DNA of 54,112 nucleotides, from the IMG/VR virus record IMGVR_UViG_3300035704_000012, positions 1 to 54,112 of that record; one strand, 5' to 3'. The stretch is from a virus (taxonomy: Duplodnaviria; Caudoviricetes). Both the position numbers and the translations under genes were made by a program. This document shows, one piece after another, positions 28,267-37,174 of this stretch. Position 1 is the first letter of the stretch. Each line of letters starts with the position of its first letter. The notes under the pieces are model-generated. The model had not been told where the DNA came from and did no database searches. It was given only the letters and a program-made list of their open reading frames with translations.

Positions 28267-29032
28267 TGGCCCACCTCCACAGGGTGTCGATGTTCCGTGT
28301 CACGAGCTCCTCGTCCACGAGTCGGGAGTCGGTACTAAAGTAGTTCGCGGTACGCTCTACCGGACGGTCGTCGATTCCGAGTCGCATGCCTGCGATAGCC
28401 CAGGAGAACGGTGCCGAGGTGTCGATGCTGGCGACTAGCTCGTTGTGATACTGGATCTCGTTTGGCCAGTCAGGACACATACCCAGCAGGTGAATCGGAT
28501 GCGGTACGTGCGTAGCGATCCAGTCCGCCAACGTGATCCGCACGTGTCTACCTATCTCATCTGCGAGCCATCGAGGTAGACCGAAGGTGAGGGGGATCTC
28601 GAAGTCCTCTTCGAGCTGACAGTACTTCTCGATGCATACCTTCAGCTGCTCTTCATCTCCGCCTTGCACTGCAGCGATGAACTGGATCGGCTTGTGCCTG
28701 ATCGTCTGCTGGTGCAGGTTCCAGACGTGGAGGAAGCGCTCTGCAGCGTCGACCGACTTGTGAGCGTCCGCGAGGTAGTCTGGCAGCACGAACTTGTCGA
28801 TGTTGTACTCGAAGATCATCTGAATGAGTTGATCGTCACTCAGAGGCCCCTGTGGACTTGCGGCTTCGAAGGCGCCGTTGTCCAACATGAGGGTAGTAGT
28901 AGGCTTCTGACTCAGGACCTTGTAGAAGTTCCTGTATCCAGACAGCTTCAGGCCCTCCGGAATCACCATGTGCAAAGGTTGCTCGGCGACCATGTAGAGC
29001 ATGCTTGTTGGCGGGATAAGGGCTACTTGCAT
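28235..29032 (-). CDS. dpdA: TGT-fold DNA deazaguanine transglycosylase-like protein (DpdA-like)
   Basis: LDNGAF, LPD, VQG, HLLG and SIDTS TGT-barrel motifs; lies beside folE/queE/queD/queC. Confidence 0.7.
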   Translation of the reverse strand: MQVALIPPTSMLYMVAEQPLHMVIPEGLKLSGYRNFYKVLSQKPTTTLMLDNGAFEAASPQGPLSDDQLIQMIFEYNIDKFVLPDYLADAHKSVDAAERFLHVWNLHQQTIRHKPIQFIAAVQGGDEEQLKVCIEKYCQLEEDFEIPLTFGLPRWLADEIGRHVRITLADWIATHVPHPIHLLGMCPDWPNEIQYHNELVASIDTSAPFSWAIAGMRLGIDDRPVERTANYFSTDSRLVDEELVTRNIDTLWRWANGQEASGRTM

Positions 29033-29156
29033 TGTGTCTCCTATGCCAGTGGCGTCTATACCTTGTGAGTACCTTCCGGCGCCGGAACCTTCGCCATCCG
29101 CAGTCAGGACAGCGTACCATATGCTTGGTGAAGAGCGGAAGCGGTGAAGATGTCAC
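28836..29156 (-). CDS. Possible Arg-rich C2H2-type zinc-finger protein
   Basis: GTGA-coupled start; CPDC...RRHWHRRH; long overlap into the dpdA-like gene makes it doubtful. Confidence 0.4.
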   Translation of the reverse strand: MTSSPLPLFTKHMVRCPDCGWRRFRRRKVLTRYRRHWHRRHNASSPYPANKHALHGRRATFAHGDSGGPEAVWIQELLQGPESEAYYYPHVGQRRLRSRKSTGASE

Positions 29157-29701
29157 AGCTTGTCGAAGCCGACGTGGAAGTTGTTCTTGATGATGAAGTT
29201 GGTCCAGTCGCCGGGGTCGCACTGGCGCTCGTCTCCGGTATTGGGATGTGCCCACTGAACGGTGTCGTAGAGGTAGGCCCAGTATGAAGAGCACACGACC
29301 TCGCCGGGGACGAGACCGTGAGGCCAGGTCAAGTTGTAGAGCTTAACGTGCAGAGCGCCGAGGGCCGAGCCACCGATCATTTCCCAGTCGTACTTCGTAC
29401 CGATCATCTCGACAGCCTCGGATGCTACCGTGACGCGAGTGGCTTCGGTCCTGTTCTGTGCGACATTGTTGTAGGCGAAGGGGTGGCCGATGTACTTCCG
29501 CATGTCGACCCAGCCGACGCCGCCAGGACGTCCTTCCAGACCCCACGGAACCTTGCCGTCCCACTTGACGAAGCCTGCGACGTGGTTGTCCATGTTCGGT
29601 TCACCCATGAGACTCTCACCGAACTGAATCACGTCGTAGTTGTTCCCCGAGTGGACTGCGAACACGTCGCCGGGCTTGAGTGTGTCGATGGTTGCCTTCA
29701 T
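29153..29701 (-). CDS. Permuted papain-like (NlpC/P60, YaeF/YiiX-type) cysteine hydrolase
   Basis: LKPGD, DNHVAG (His first), IGTKYD, VCSSY (Cys later) and PGD motifs. Confidence 0.75.
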   Translation of the reverse strand: MKATIDTLKPGDVFAVHSGNNYDVIQFGESLMGEPNMDNHVAGFVKWDGKVPWGLEGRPGGVGWVDMRKYIGHPFAYNNVAQNRTEATRVTVASEAVEMIGTKYDWEMIGGSALGALHVKLYNLTWPHGLVPGEVVCSSYWAYLYDTVQWAHPNTGDERQCDPGDWTNFIIKNNFHVGFDKL

Positions 29702-29943
29702 CGCCCTTGCTCCGTCTCTGCGATCTTGGCACGGACTGCACAGTCCTTGGCGCGTACTAGGTTGTTGATGGTGTGTGTCACCATCGGGTCTTCGGCCTTG
29801 CAGAGGTGCAGGAACGTCGAGGCTGCATCCTCGAAGATCATGGCGATAGCGTGTAGCTCGGGTGGCAGGTGTGAAGTGTCGAGCCAGCGAGCGGCGTCGG
29901 CAACTGCACGGTGACGACCTTCGAGTAGTGACTTGTCGATCAT
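29698..29943 (-). CDS. Small helical-hairpin protein, possibly Acb2/Tad1-like
   Basis: HLPPEL...F...A...P......L..AKDCAVRA pattern. Confidence 0.5.
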   Translation of the reverse strand: MIDKSLLEGRHRAVADAARWLDTSHLPPELHAIAMIFEDAASTFLHLCKAEDPMVTHTINNLVRAKDCAVRAKIAETEQGR

Positions 29944-29945
29944 GG

Positions 29946-30245
29946 TTACATCTCCTTGAGTGGAATGAATCCTTCTGAGTCTGCTGCGGGATGCTTCTCG
30001 ACGATCTTGTAAATGGATCGACGTAGGAGCCAGAGCTTGATCCAGGTGTAGCGCATGTAGTTCATCATGTCAGCTACTTCTTCCATCGCCATCTCGACCG
30101 TGTCGGCGTCGAAGAAGGTGAGGTCGCCGTACTTCTCCTGGCCACGCTGGTGACGCTGCAGGCAGGTATTGTCGAGTTCGTCACTCGCCTGCTGGATCAG
30201 GGCTGGTAGGTCCGAAGCGCTTGACGTTTCGTGCTCGCTTGGCAT
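29946..30245 (-). CDS. MazG-like all-alpha nucleotide pyrophosphohydrolase
   Basis: RGQEKYG and EEVADMMNY motifs; RBS GGAGG. Confidence 0.65.
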   Translation of the reverse strand: MPSEHETSSASDLPALIQQASDELDNTCLQRHQRGQEKYGDLTFFDADTVEMAMEEVADMMNYMRYTWIKLWLLRRSIYKIVEKHPAADSEGFIPLKEM

Positions 30246-30624
30246 TGTAGACCTCCGTGACGTCGGTGCCGAGGATGTACCAGATGTTGGCCAGGTAGAT
30301 GAGGACGTCGATCGACTCCTCCTCGATGTGTGCCTGCAGAGCCTTGAGGTCGTCCGTACCTCGTTTGACCTTCTTGGTGGCGTTGAAGAGCTCGCCAGCT
30401 TCGCCGTTAGCACAAGCTGCCTGCCAGGGCAGGTCGTCGGCTGTCTCGGGGAACCAGGCGATCGAGTCCTCGCCACACTCCCTGATGATGTTGCTCAGCG
30501 TGATGAAGTTCTTCAGGGTGCCAGGAGGTAGCGTCTGCATCAGGCCGTAGCTCATGTCCTTGCCCCTCTTGCTGTAGGGGGCTAGTGGATCATTGGGCCA
30601 GGAGTTGTATCCGGGATCGTTCAT
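30181..30624 (-). CDS. mazG: MazG nucleotide pyrophosphohydrolase
   Basis: GEAGE, EESIDVLIY and K...N..RF motifs. Confidence 0.85.
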   Translation of the reverse strand: MNDPGYNSWPNDPLAPYSKRGKDMSYGLMQTLPPGTLKNFITLSNIIRECGEDSIAWFPETADDLPWQAACANGEAGELFNATKKVKRGTDDLKALQAHIEEESIDVLIYLANIWYILGTDVTEVYNAKRARNVKRFGPTSPDPAGE

Positions 30625-31187
30625 CGTCCTATCGCTCTCAGGAACTCGTCCTTTGCGGTTCGTTCGTGTAGTCCGAACACACCGCGCATGACTGCCGTGT
30701 AGGTGGTAGTGCCTGGGGCCTGTACGCCCCGGATGGTCATGCAGAGATGCTCACACTCCATGACCACTGCGACATCGTCGGTCTCCAGCTTCTCCTCGAG
30801 CTGGTTGGCGATGTCAGTCGTGAGCTCTTCCTGTACGGAGAGCTTGGCCGCGCAGTTCCTTACTAGGCGTGGGATCTTGCTCAGGCCGACTATCGTCGCC
30901 TTGGGAATGTAGCCAACGTAGGCTACGCCGCGGTAGGGTACGACGTGATGAGCGCACAGCGACACGACTGGGATCTGCTTGATCACGATCATGTCGCGAC
31001 TCGTTGCAGGGAACGTCGTGAAGTTGAACGGTATAGGAGTTGTCATCTCCGTGAGCATCTGCACGAACCGCTCAGGTGTTCGCTGCATGTGCTCGACGTT
31101 GGTGTCGAGTCCTACAACGTCTCTGAGCAGCCTTCCTGCCAAGTCGGTCGTGTCCAGCTGTACTTGGCTAAGATCGAATATGCTCAT
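30621..31187 (-). CDS. folE: GTP cyclohydrolase I
   Basis: TPER, SLCAHH, GLSK, QEELT and HLCMTIRGV motifs. Confidence 0.96.
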   Translation of the reverse strand: MSIFDLSQVQLDTTDLAGRLLRDVVGLDTNVEHMQRTPERFVQMLTEMTTPIPFNFTTFPATSRDMIVIKQIPVVSLCAHHVVPYRGVAYVGYIPKATIVGLSKIPRLVRNCAAKLSVQEELTTDIANQLEEKLETDDVAVVMECEHLCMTIRGVQAPGTTTYTAVMRGVFGLHERTAKDEFLRAIGR

Positions 31188-31882
31188 GTTCCCCTCACGT
31201 TGACGCCGAAGATGTAGTTGTGTGCCTGGATGTTGAGTCGCCAAGGGAGTCGATAAAACCTAATCCAGTCGACAACTTGCTGGGGTGCTACCTTACCCCA
31301 AACAGGACCGACGAAGACTTCGAGCGTCCCATCCTGTAGGAAGTCCGTCCAGAGCGCTCGGGCCATCTCGAAGTCGTCTCTGTCAGCGACGGTGAACTTG
31401 ATCGAGCCGAGGTGACGACCCTTCATAGTCTCGACGTTCCTGATCCTGTTCGGGTTCGCGCTAGTCTCACCAGAGCCAGGAAGCTTCCAGTCGAGCACGG
31501 GCGCTACGCTCATGTCAAGCATGGAAGCAGGAATGAGGAACGTGCCGTTGGTGAAGACCTCGAACCTGAAGCCCTGGTAAGAGAGTTCCTCCACCAGGGC
31601 GATGAGGTCACTGTGCCTCTGCAGGAACGGCTCGCCTCCTGTGAAGCAGATGTTCCTGGAACCGTCCATAGCCTCGACGGTTCGTATGCGGTTAGCAAGC
31701 TCGTCGTACGAGACTTGTTGTTGCTCGGTCCTGTACTGAGTAGGATCGATAGCGAACTGTGAGTCGCATGGCCACGACGGACATTTCAGGTTGCAGCCTG
31801 CGAACCGTACGAACTGAGTGAGCATGCCTACACGAGGACCTTCGCCCTGAGTGGACGTGTAGTGCTCCAGGAGCCTAAGCAT
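31184..31882 (-). CDS. queE: 7-carboxy-7-deazaguanine synthase (radical SAM)
   Basis: STQGEG, FVRFAGCNLKC...CD, TGGEP, TNGT and QAH motifs. Confidence 0.93.
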   Translation of the reverse strand: MLRLLEHYTSTQGEGPRVGMLTQFVRFAGCNLKCPSWPCDSQFAIDPTQYRTEQQQVSYDELANRIRTVEAMDGSRNICFTGGEPFLQRHSDLIALVEELSYQGFRFEVFTNGTFLIPASMLDMSVAPVLDWKLPGSGETSANPNRIRNVETMKGRHLGSIKFTVADRDDFEMARALWTDFLQDGTLEVFVGPVWGKVAPQQVVDWIRFYRLPWRLNIQAHNYIFGVNVRGT

Positions 31883-32333
31883 TCTTGATCCAGTTCGTCC
31901 AGGTACCGCAGTTGGTGTCCGTCTCCCAGACCGTAACGTCGAACATGGTGACACCGAACCTCGCGAACGTACCTTGCGCCCAGATGCCGATCCTGGCAGC
32001 GAGGTTCTCCGTCGTCGGATCGACCGACATCACCTTCAGGCCAGGGAGCGTGAACCAACCTTCGGTGTCCTGGGCGTTGAGATTGCCTGCGAGGGGGTCG
32101 TCTACGTTGAGCAAGATCGCGTGGTCGTAGTCCGTGTCCAGGTAGTTGCGGAAGCCTGCCTTCACCTGGCCGAAGTCGAGTCCGCACAGCAGCCCTCTGG
32201 AGTTGACATCGCCACCGAGCTCGAGCTGTACCTTGAACGAGTGACCGTGGATGCGCTCGCACTTGCCGTGTGTCAGGAAGAGACGATGAGCCGCCTCGAA
32301 GTTGTGCTTGACCTTGATGGTTTGTACGATCAT
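31875..32333 (-). CDS. queD: 6-carboxytetrahydropterin synthase
   Basis: FEAAHRL, CERIHGHS, DF, DH, PTTENLA and WET motifs. Confidence 0.95.
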   Translation of the reverse strand: MIVQTIKVKHNFEAAHRLFLTHGKCERIHGHSFKVQLELGGDVNSRGLLCGLDFGQVKAGFRNYLDTDYDHAILLNVDDPLAGNLNAQDTEGWFTLPGLKVMSVDPTTENLAARIGIWAQGTFARFGVTMFDVTVWETDTNCGTWTNWIKNA

Positions 32334-33043
32334 GCGCCTACCTGCACCTTCCAGAACTCTGTGTCCTCGTACCGAGTCGTGTCGTTGATGCCTGCCGCAT
32401 GCATGGCCTCGAGGCGCTCGACGCAGGTGCCGCAGCGTCCGCAGTGCTTAGTGCCTCCCTTGTAACAGGACCAGGTCAGCTCGACCGGAACCTTGAGCCG
32501 CTTCGCCTCGAGTGCGATGTCGTTCTTGCCCCAGTAGATGAACGGGAGCTTGAAGTGCCAACCGTGAGGAAGGAAACCCAAGTTGGCACGTCGGATAGTG
32601 TCCTCGAGTGAGTGCCAGAACACCGGACGGCAGTCGGGGTAGATAGCAGCGTCGCCGTTGTGCGGGCCAGCTGCGACCCAGTGACCATCCTGGGCGATGC
32701 AGATACTCGTGGCGATCGCGGCCATCATCATGTTGCGGTTCGGTACGACTGTAGCCTTCATCGTGTCGTCGGCGTAGTGGCCCTCGGGCACATCGACACT
32801 GTTGTTGACGAGCGACGAGCCTGATGCGGCCATGAGCTCGCCGACACTACTCAGGTCGATGAGCGACCAGGGAAGGTTGAGGCGCTCCGCTGCCAGTTGT
32901 GCGAAGCCGAGTTCCTTGGCGTGCTTCTGGTTGTAGTCGAACGAGAGCACCTGCGGTGTTGCTCCGTTCTCATGAAGGTGGTGCAGCAGCGTGACACTGT
33001 CGAGACCGCCACTAACGATTGCTACTCCGTGGGGATGATTCAT
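32330..33043 (-). CDS. queC: 7-cyano-7-deazaguanine (preQ0) synthase
   Basis: SGGLDS, VPNRN, YPDCR, TWSCY and CGRCGTC motifs. Confidence 0.96.
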   Translation of the reverse strand: MNHPHGVAIVSGGLDSVTLLHHLHENGATPQVLSFDYNQKHAKELGFAQLAAERLNLPWSLIDLSSVGELMAASGSSLVNNSVDVPEGHYADDTMKATVVPNRNMMMAAIATSICIAQDGHWVAAGPHNGDAAIYPDCRPVFWHSLEDTIRRANLGFLPHGWHFKLPFIYWGKNDIALEAKRLKVPVELTWSCYKGGTKHCGRCGTCVERLEAMHAAGINDTTRYEDTEFWKVQVGA

Positions 33044-35214
33044 TCCTTCTCTTCTCCCTTGCCTGCCAGGTCGTTGTATGTAACGGATCTGCCTTCACCA
33101 CCAACTCGGACTATCTGTCCTCTGTTGACTAGTGTCTTCTCGATGTCGTCCATCTCTCGTGCCGTCAGATGGTACGACTGCATCAGCCTCGACCGTGGGA
33201 ACGAACTCTTAGCCTGTATCGCACGGTACACAAGTTGGATCTTGTGTTCGATCGGGCCACGGCCGACATTCATGATTATGTCTTGTGCGTAGCGCCGCCA
33301 TACATCTCCATAGGCGGCTGCGCGGATGATATCGACTTCGTCAACAACCACAGGGCCTTCGAGGCATCTTGATGCGGCAAGTAGGATGGCTGCCTTCAAG
33401 ATACTGACAGCGAGTCGAACATACATGGGCACCATGATGTCCTTCAGTTCCTCACCGGCATCGACTCCCAGTTGCGTCAGTGTCTGTTCTACTACGTTGT
33501 ATCTATCCCAAGCAGGTCCTGTCAGTGCTGCATCTGTAACAGCTGGCCGTTCGCCTACGACCTTGCCTCCGAACAGGATAGGCTGTGTCTTACGATGCGC
33601 GGCTGCTATCTGACGTAGCTCTGCTAGGATCTCGGCTCTTCCGTTGTCAGTTGTCTCTTCTGGTGGTCCTAGTGGCCTAACGCGTGCTGGATCAGAGTCT
33701 GCCGTAATGAACACGAAGCGAGGCATGAAGCCTGACTCAATGTCCTCGTGCGTTACAATTCGCTGCATCTTGGAACGAATGCCTCCAGCGAACAGTATCA
33801 GACGAGGATCTCGAATCGTAACCTCTTCCTTCCTGAGAAGACGCTTCTGTGTCCTACCGTCGTACAGCTTGGTCAGGAACTCCTTGAACCCTGACATATA
33901 GTCCTTATGCGACATCTGGTCCATGAAGCCTGTGAACTCGTCACGGAGGAACAGACTTACCTGTCCCGGTCTCGTCGACAGGTTCTGCATAAACCCCTCG
34001 ATCGATCCGTCCGTCGCTAGCAACAATGAATCGTCGACTTCTAGCATCAGGTCCACTGCTAGGTCCATCGCTGTCGACTTCCTCGTCAGCGTGGTGTCTG
34101 CTAGGATCATGAACCATAGGTTCGGTGATATAGACCCATACCGTGTAGGTAGTCGGACGGATCCAGCCAGGAAGCTCGACAAGAGAATGAATGCGCCAGC
34201 CTCGTGATACTGGACAGCCGCATCTCCCACTTGTCTCGCCCACGCAATGTACCTTTCTATGAAGGAAGGATCTGCATCTATGACTGCCTTCTCTTGCGCC
34301 GTGACGAGAGCCATCTCAGATCCAGGAGGAGCAGTTGCTTGTTTCGCCTGTTCCTTATGACGAGCCGACGCCCTGCATACGTCCTTCCAAAGTCGTATGT
34401 CGTGGGCTCCGAACTTATTGCAGGCCGCATCACGGCAGACCTGGTAAACCTCGTCCAGATGAAGTTGAGCCTCCAGACAGTACATTTCGAGTCGGAAGAG
34501 TGCGGACGACCTGTCTGTCTCCGGAGCCCTGTGGTATAGTGTGAACGCGGCCCCGTTGATCTTGTGCCGATATCTTTCAAGGATCTTCTCTCCTTCCTCG
34601 AACACGAAGTCGGGAAACGGTATGTCTAGGTATTCGTATCCGGCAGCTTGAGGGTAGCGATTGCGGAATTCCTCAAGGGGGTATACGTTATCGTTCCATC
34701 CCAGGATGAGTACCTTAGGAGCGCCTGTACCGAGTCCGTACTTGAAGTTCCTAGTACCAGGTATCCGTAGTAGCTGTGTGAGGTCCCATCCACTTCGATC
34801 AGAACCCTGGTCGACGTGATAGTATGCGATGCGTCGGGATACCTCTTCAGCGTCTTCAGCATCGACATCGCTATCCAAAGCCCAAATCGCCTGATAGCGA
34901 CCAGGGGATGTCTCATATGAAATGGTAGGTTGGATGAGCATATGGCGCGGATGACACTCATCCAGGTCAGCCCATACACAAGCCACTCGTGCAACGTTAG
35001 TCTTGACACGTTTCCGCTCCGTCAGAATTTGAGGGCAGAAGTAGATGTTCTCGGTTAGGACCTTGGAACGAAGGATTACAACGGCTTTATTGACTTCGCC
35101 TGGGTACTCGTAGAACGCCTCTTGGAATCGTCCTTCAGGGTGTCTGGTAGCAACACACATGTATCCAGTTGTGTTTCCATACGCTGTCGCAAATACCTCA
35201 TCCAGTCCTGGCAT
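33040..35214 (-). CDS. RepB-type primase fused to a DUF3987-like helicase domain
   Basis: WADLD, ETSPGRYQAIW and LLRIPGT (primase); RKST, RDEF and GFMPRF (ATPase). Confidence 0.82.
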   Translation of the reverse strand: MPGLDEVFATAYGNTTGYMCVATRHPEGRFQEAFYEYPGEVNKAVVILRSKVLTENIYFCPQILTERKRVKTNVARVACVWADLDECHPRHMLIQPTISYETSPGRYQAIWALDSDVDAEDAEEVSRRIAYYHVDQGSDRSGWDLTQLLRIPGTRNFKYGLGTGAPKVLILGWNDNVYPLEEFRNRYPQAAGYEYLDIPFPDFVFEEGEKILERYRHKINGAAFTLYHRAPETDRSSALFRLEMYCLEAQLHLDEVYQVCRDAACNKFGAHDIRLWKDVCRASARHKEQAKQATAPPGSEMALVTAQEKAVIDADPSFIERYIAWARQVGDAAVQYHEAGAFILLSSFLAGSVRLPTRYGSISPNLWFMILADTTLTRKSTAMDLAVDLMLEVDDSLLLATDGSIEGFMQNLSTRPGQVSLFLRDEFTGFMDQMSHKDYMSGFKEFLTKLYDGRTQKRLLRKEEVTIRDPRLILFAGGIRSKMQRIVTHEDIESGFMPRFVFITADSDPARVRPLGPPEETTDNGRAEILAELRQIAAAHRKTQPILFGGKVVGERPAVTDAALTGPAWDRYNVVEQTLTQLGVDAGEELKDIMVPMYVRLAVSILKAAILLAASRCLEGPVVVDEVDIIRAAAYGDVWRRYAQDIIMNVGRGPIEHKIQLVYRAIQAKSSFPRSRLMQSYHLTAREMDDIEKTLVNRGQIVRVGGEGRSVTYNDLAGKGEEKE

Positions 35215-35277
35215 ACGATGCCCCAGTCAGTAGTGTGAGGCCTGGCCGAGAGCGATCGACCAGGCCCCACGTCTGTG

Positions 35278-35772
35278 TTATGGCAGGACGGATGCCGTGG
35301 CGGCCTTGCCCAGCGTGCCCTTAGGCGCCGAGGTCGTGCCTTCCTTCCACGGCTCGAACCCGCGGACCTCGATCCAGTCCATCGGGTCGCCCTCCGGGTC
35401 CTTCTCCTTGGCCTTCTTGTTGATGCCGCGGCGGACCATGATGTGCCGAGTGATGTAGAACTCCGGCGCGTCCGGAATAGCGAGGCTGCCGCCCTTCATG
35501 GCGTTCTCGTACTCGCCGAGCGCCTTCAGGACACCGATGATCGTGTACAGCGCGCCGCTCCAGCAGCACGCAGTCCAGGTCATGAGCTTGTCGGCGTACT
35601 CGCCGTCCTGCACCATCGCACGGAACTTGAGGAGCGGCTTGCCGGGGTTGGCTTCCGACTGTGACTCGGCCTGCTCGACCTCGGTGATGACGCAGTGGTA
35701 CTTGCCCGACGGGAGTGGTACGAATTCGCCTGACTTGTTTTCCTGATCACTGACGTTGACCCTGATTGCCAT
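35278..35772 (-). CDS. ssDNA-binding protein (DUF669-like)
   Basis: PLPSGKYHCVITEVE...NPGKP motif; lies in the Sak4/exonuclease module. Confidence 0.75.
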   Translation of the reverse strand: MAIRVNVSDQENKSGEFVPLPSGKYHCVITEVEQAESQSEANPGKPLLKFRAMVQDGEYADKLMTWTACCWSGALYTIIGVLKALGEYENAMKGGSLAIPDAPEFYITRHIMVRRGINKKAKEKDPEGDPMDWIEVRGFEPWKEGTTSAPKGTLGKAATASVLP

Positions 35773-35792
35773 TACCTTGTACCTTGTCCCTA

Positions 35793-36170
35793 CTACTTGT
35801 GTTTGAGCTGTTTGAGCTCTTGACTGATTTGTTCACGTCTAGCGTGAACGTCCATCGAGTGACTGTGTCCGTTGGTTCCTATCGTAGAAGCGAACTCCAC
35901 GCCTAGCACGGCTTGGGGCCGCTTTAGGACTAGGTACGGAAGCATCTGTTCTAGTACGTATCCGGCCTTTCTTCCCGATACGGTCCAGACGTAGTGCACG
36001 TAGGTGTGCGAGCTAAGGACGATGCTTCCACGTTGGAGCACATCGAGGAACACCTCAAGCGGCTCTCTGTACTTCTGTCCGACAGTTACCTGTAGGTTGT
36101 ACCCGTAAGCTCCGATACAGCCTTCACCATCGAAGAAGCCTGCGCACCAGATAAGGCGTTCGTCTACCAT
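35793..36170 (-). CDS. Free-standing LAGLIDADG homing endonuclease
   Basis: WCAGFFDGEGCI and LPYLVLKRPQA motifs. Confidence 0.88.
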   Translation of the reverse strand: MVDERLIWCAGFFDGEGCIGAYGYNLQVTVGQKYREPLEVFLDVLQRGSIVLSSHTYVHYVWTVSGRKAGYVLEQMLPYLVLKRPQAVLGVEFASTIGTNGHSHSMDVHARREQISQELKQLKHK

Positions 36171-37174
36171 TATTTATGGATCAACTCGAAGATGTCGTTC
36201 ATGTTGGGCTCGACGACTACGAGCGGGAGGTTGCCTGACCTGTCCTTGGTCACGTAACCCTCGAGTGCGCCGGTGAGCAACATGCGCCGGATTTCGCTGG
36301 GCTTGGTTTCGTCGCCCTTGTCCCCTTCCTTCGTGTAGAGGTACATTACCTGATCAAACAGGCCGGCGACCTGATTGGTCAGCTTCCCGGGCAGGTCGGG
36401 ACGCTTCCACATAACGCCCTTGTTGTCCCGCTCGGTCTGCTCGTGGCAGAGGAAGATGAAGTTCATCGGCAGGTCCCGGTACAGCCGAAGGTACTTCCTC
36501 ATAGCGTTGGTCGATGCGCCCCAGTCGTGGAGGCCGGGCACGTCGGGGTCACGGTCCGGATGCGCCGAGAGCGTACGAGCCATGACCGAGTCCATGTTGA
36601 TCTTCTGCAGCTCCGTGCCGGTGTCGATGACAACCGTCTGGAAGTCAGGCGAGTCGTTGCCTTGGTAGCACTGCCTGTCGAGCTCGTCGTAGACCTGGAC
36701 GAACTGCGCCCACGTGATCGATCCCTGCGCCGAAGGATCGGGGATGATCTGGATGTTGTCCTCGATCGCCAGCTTGATGAGCGTCGAAGACCCTGCCTCG
36801 GCGTTGACATAGAGCAGCGGCGCTAGGTGTCTGGACTTCACGCCTGTGCCGGCGAGATGTGTCTTGCCCGAACCAGGCAGCCCGTAGATCATGTTGTTGA
36901 CGAACGGGATCACGTGTCCTGGTACGGCGATCGGAATGCCCGCGAACATTCGCCTTGGCGTCGGCGTCTCTGCTACTGCCGGAGTTGTCACGCGTGCTTC
37001 CTTCTCACCTTCGGTTGGCATGTTGTCGTCGAACGGTCTCGAATCTACTGCCCCTTCGGCTTCGTGTCCGAGCTGTTCTCGCCGTGACTCGTTGAGGGCC
37101 ATCAACTCGTCCTGTTCGAGTATACGTTCCGAGTCCTTTGTGAAGTTGAAGTCGTCGTCGGGATCAGGTGTCAT
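36170..37174 (-). CDS. Sak4-like AAA ATPase (ssDNA annealing)
   Basis: YGLPGSGKT, AEAG, VIDT, LCHE and TKDR motifs. Confidence 0.85.
   Translation of the reverse strand: MTPDPDDDFNFTKDSERILEQDELMALNESRREQLGHEAEGAVDSRPFDDNMPTEGEKEARVTTPAVAETPTPRRMFAGIPIAVPGHVIPFVNNMIYGLPGSGKTHLAGTGVKSRHLAPLLYVNAEAGSSTLIKLAIEDNIQIIPDPSAQGSITWAQFVQVYDELDRQCYQGNDSPDFQTVVIDTGTELQKINMDSVMARTLSAHPDRDPDVPGLHDWGASTNAMRKYLRLYRDLPMNFIFLCHEQTERDNKGVMWKRPDLPGKLTNQVAGLFDQVMYLYTKEGDKGDETKPSEIRRMLLTGALEGYVTKDRSGNLPLVVVEPNMNDIFELIHK

Noticed and set aside
29946-30624. 2-aminoadenine (Z-genome) pathway suggested by the MazG-like genes
   Set aside because: No PurZ or HD-domain dATPase recognised; the context is deazaguanine synthesis.
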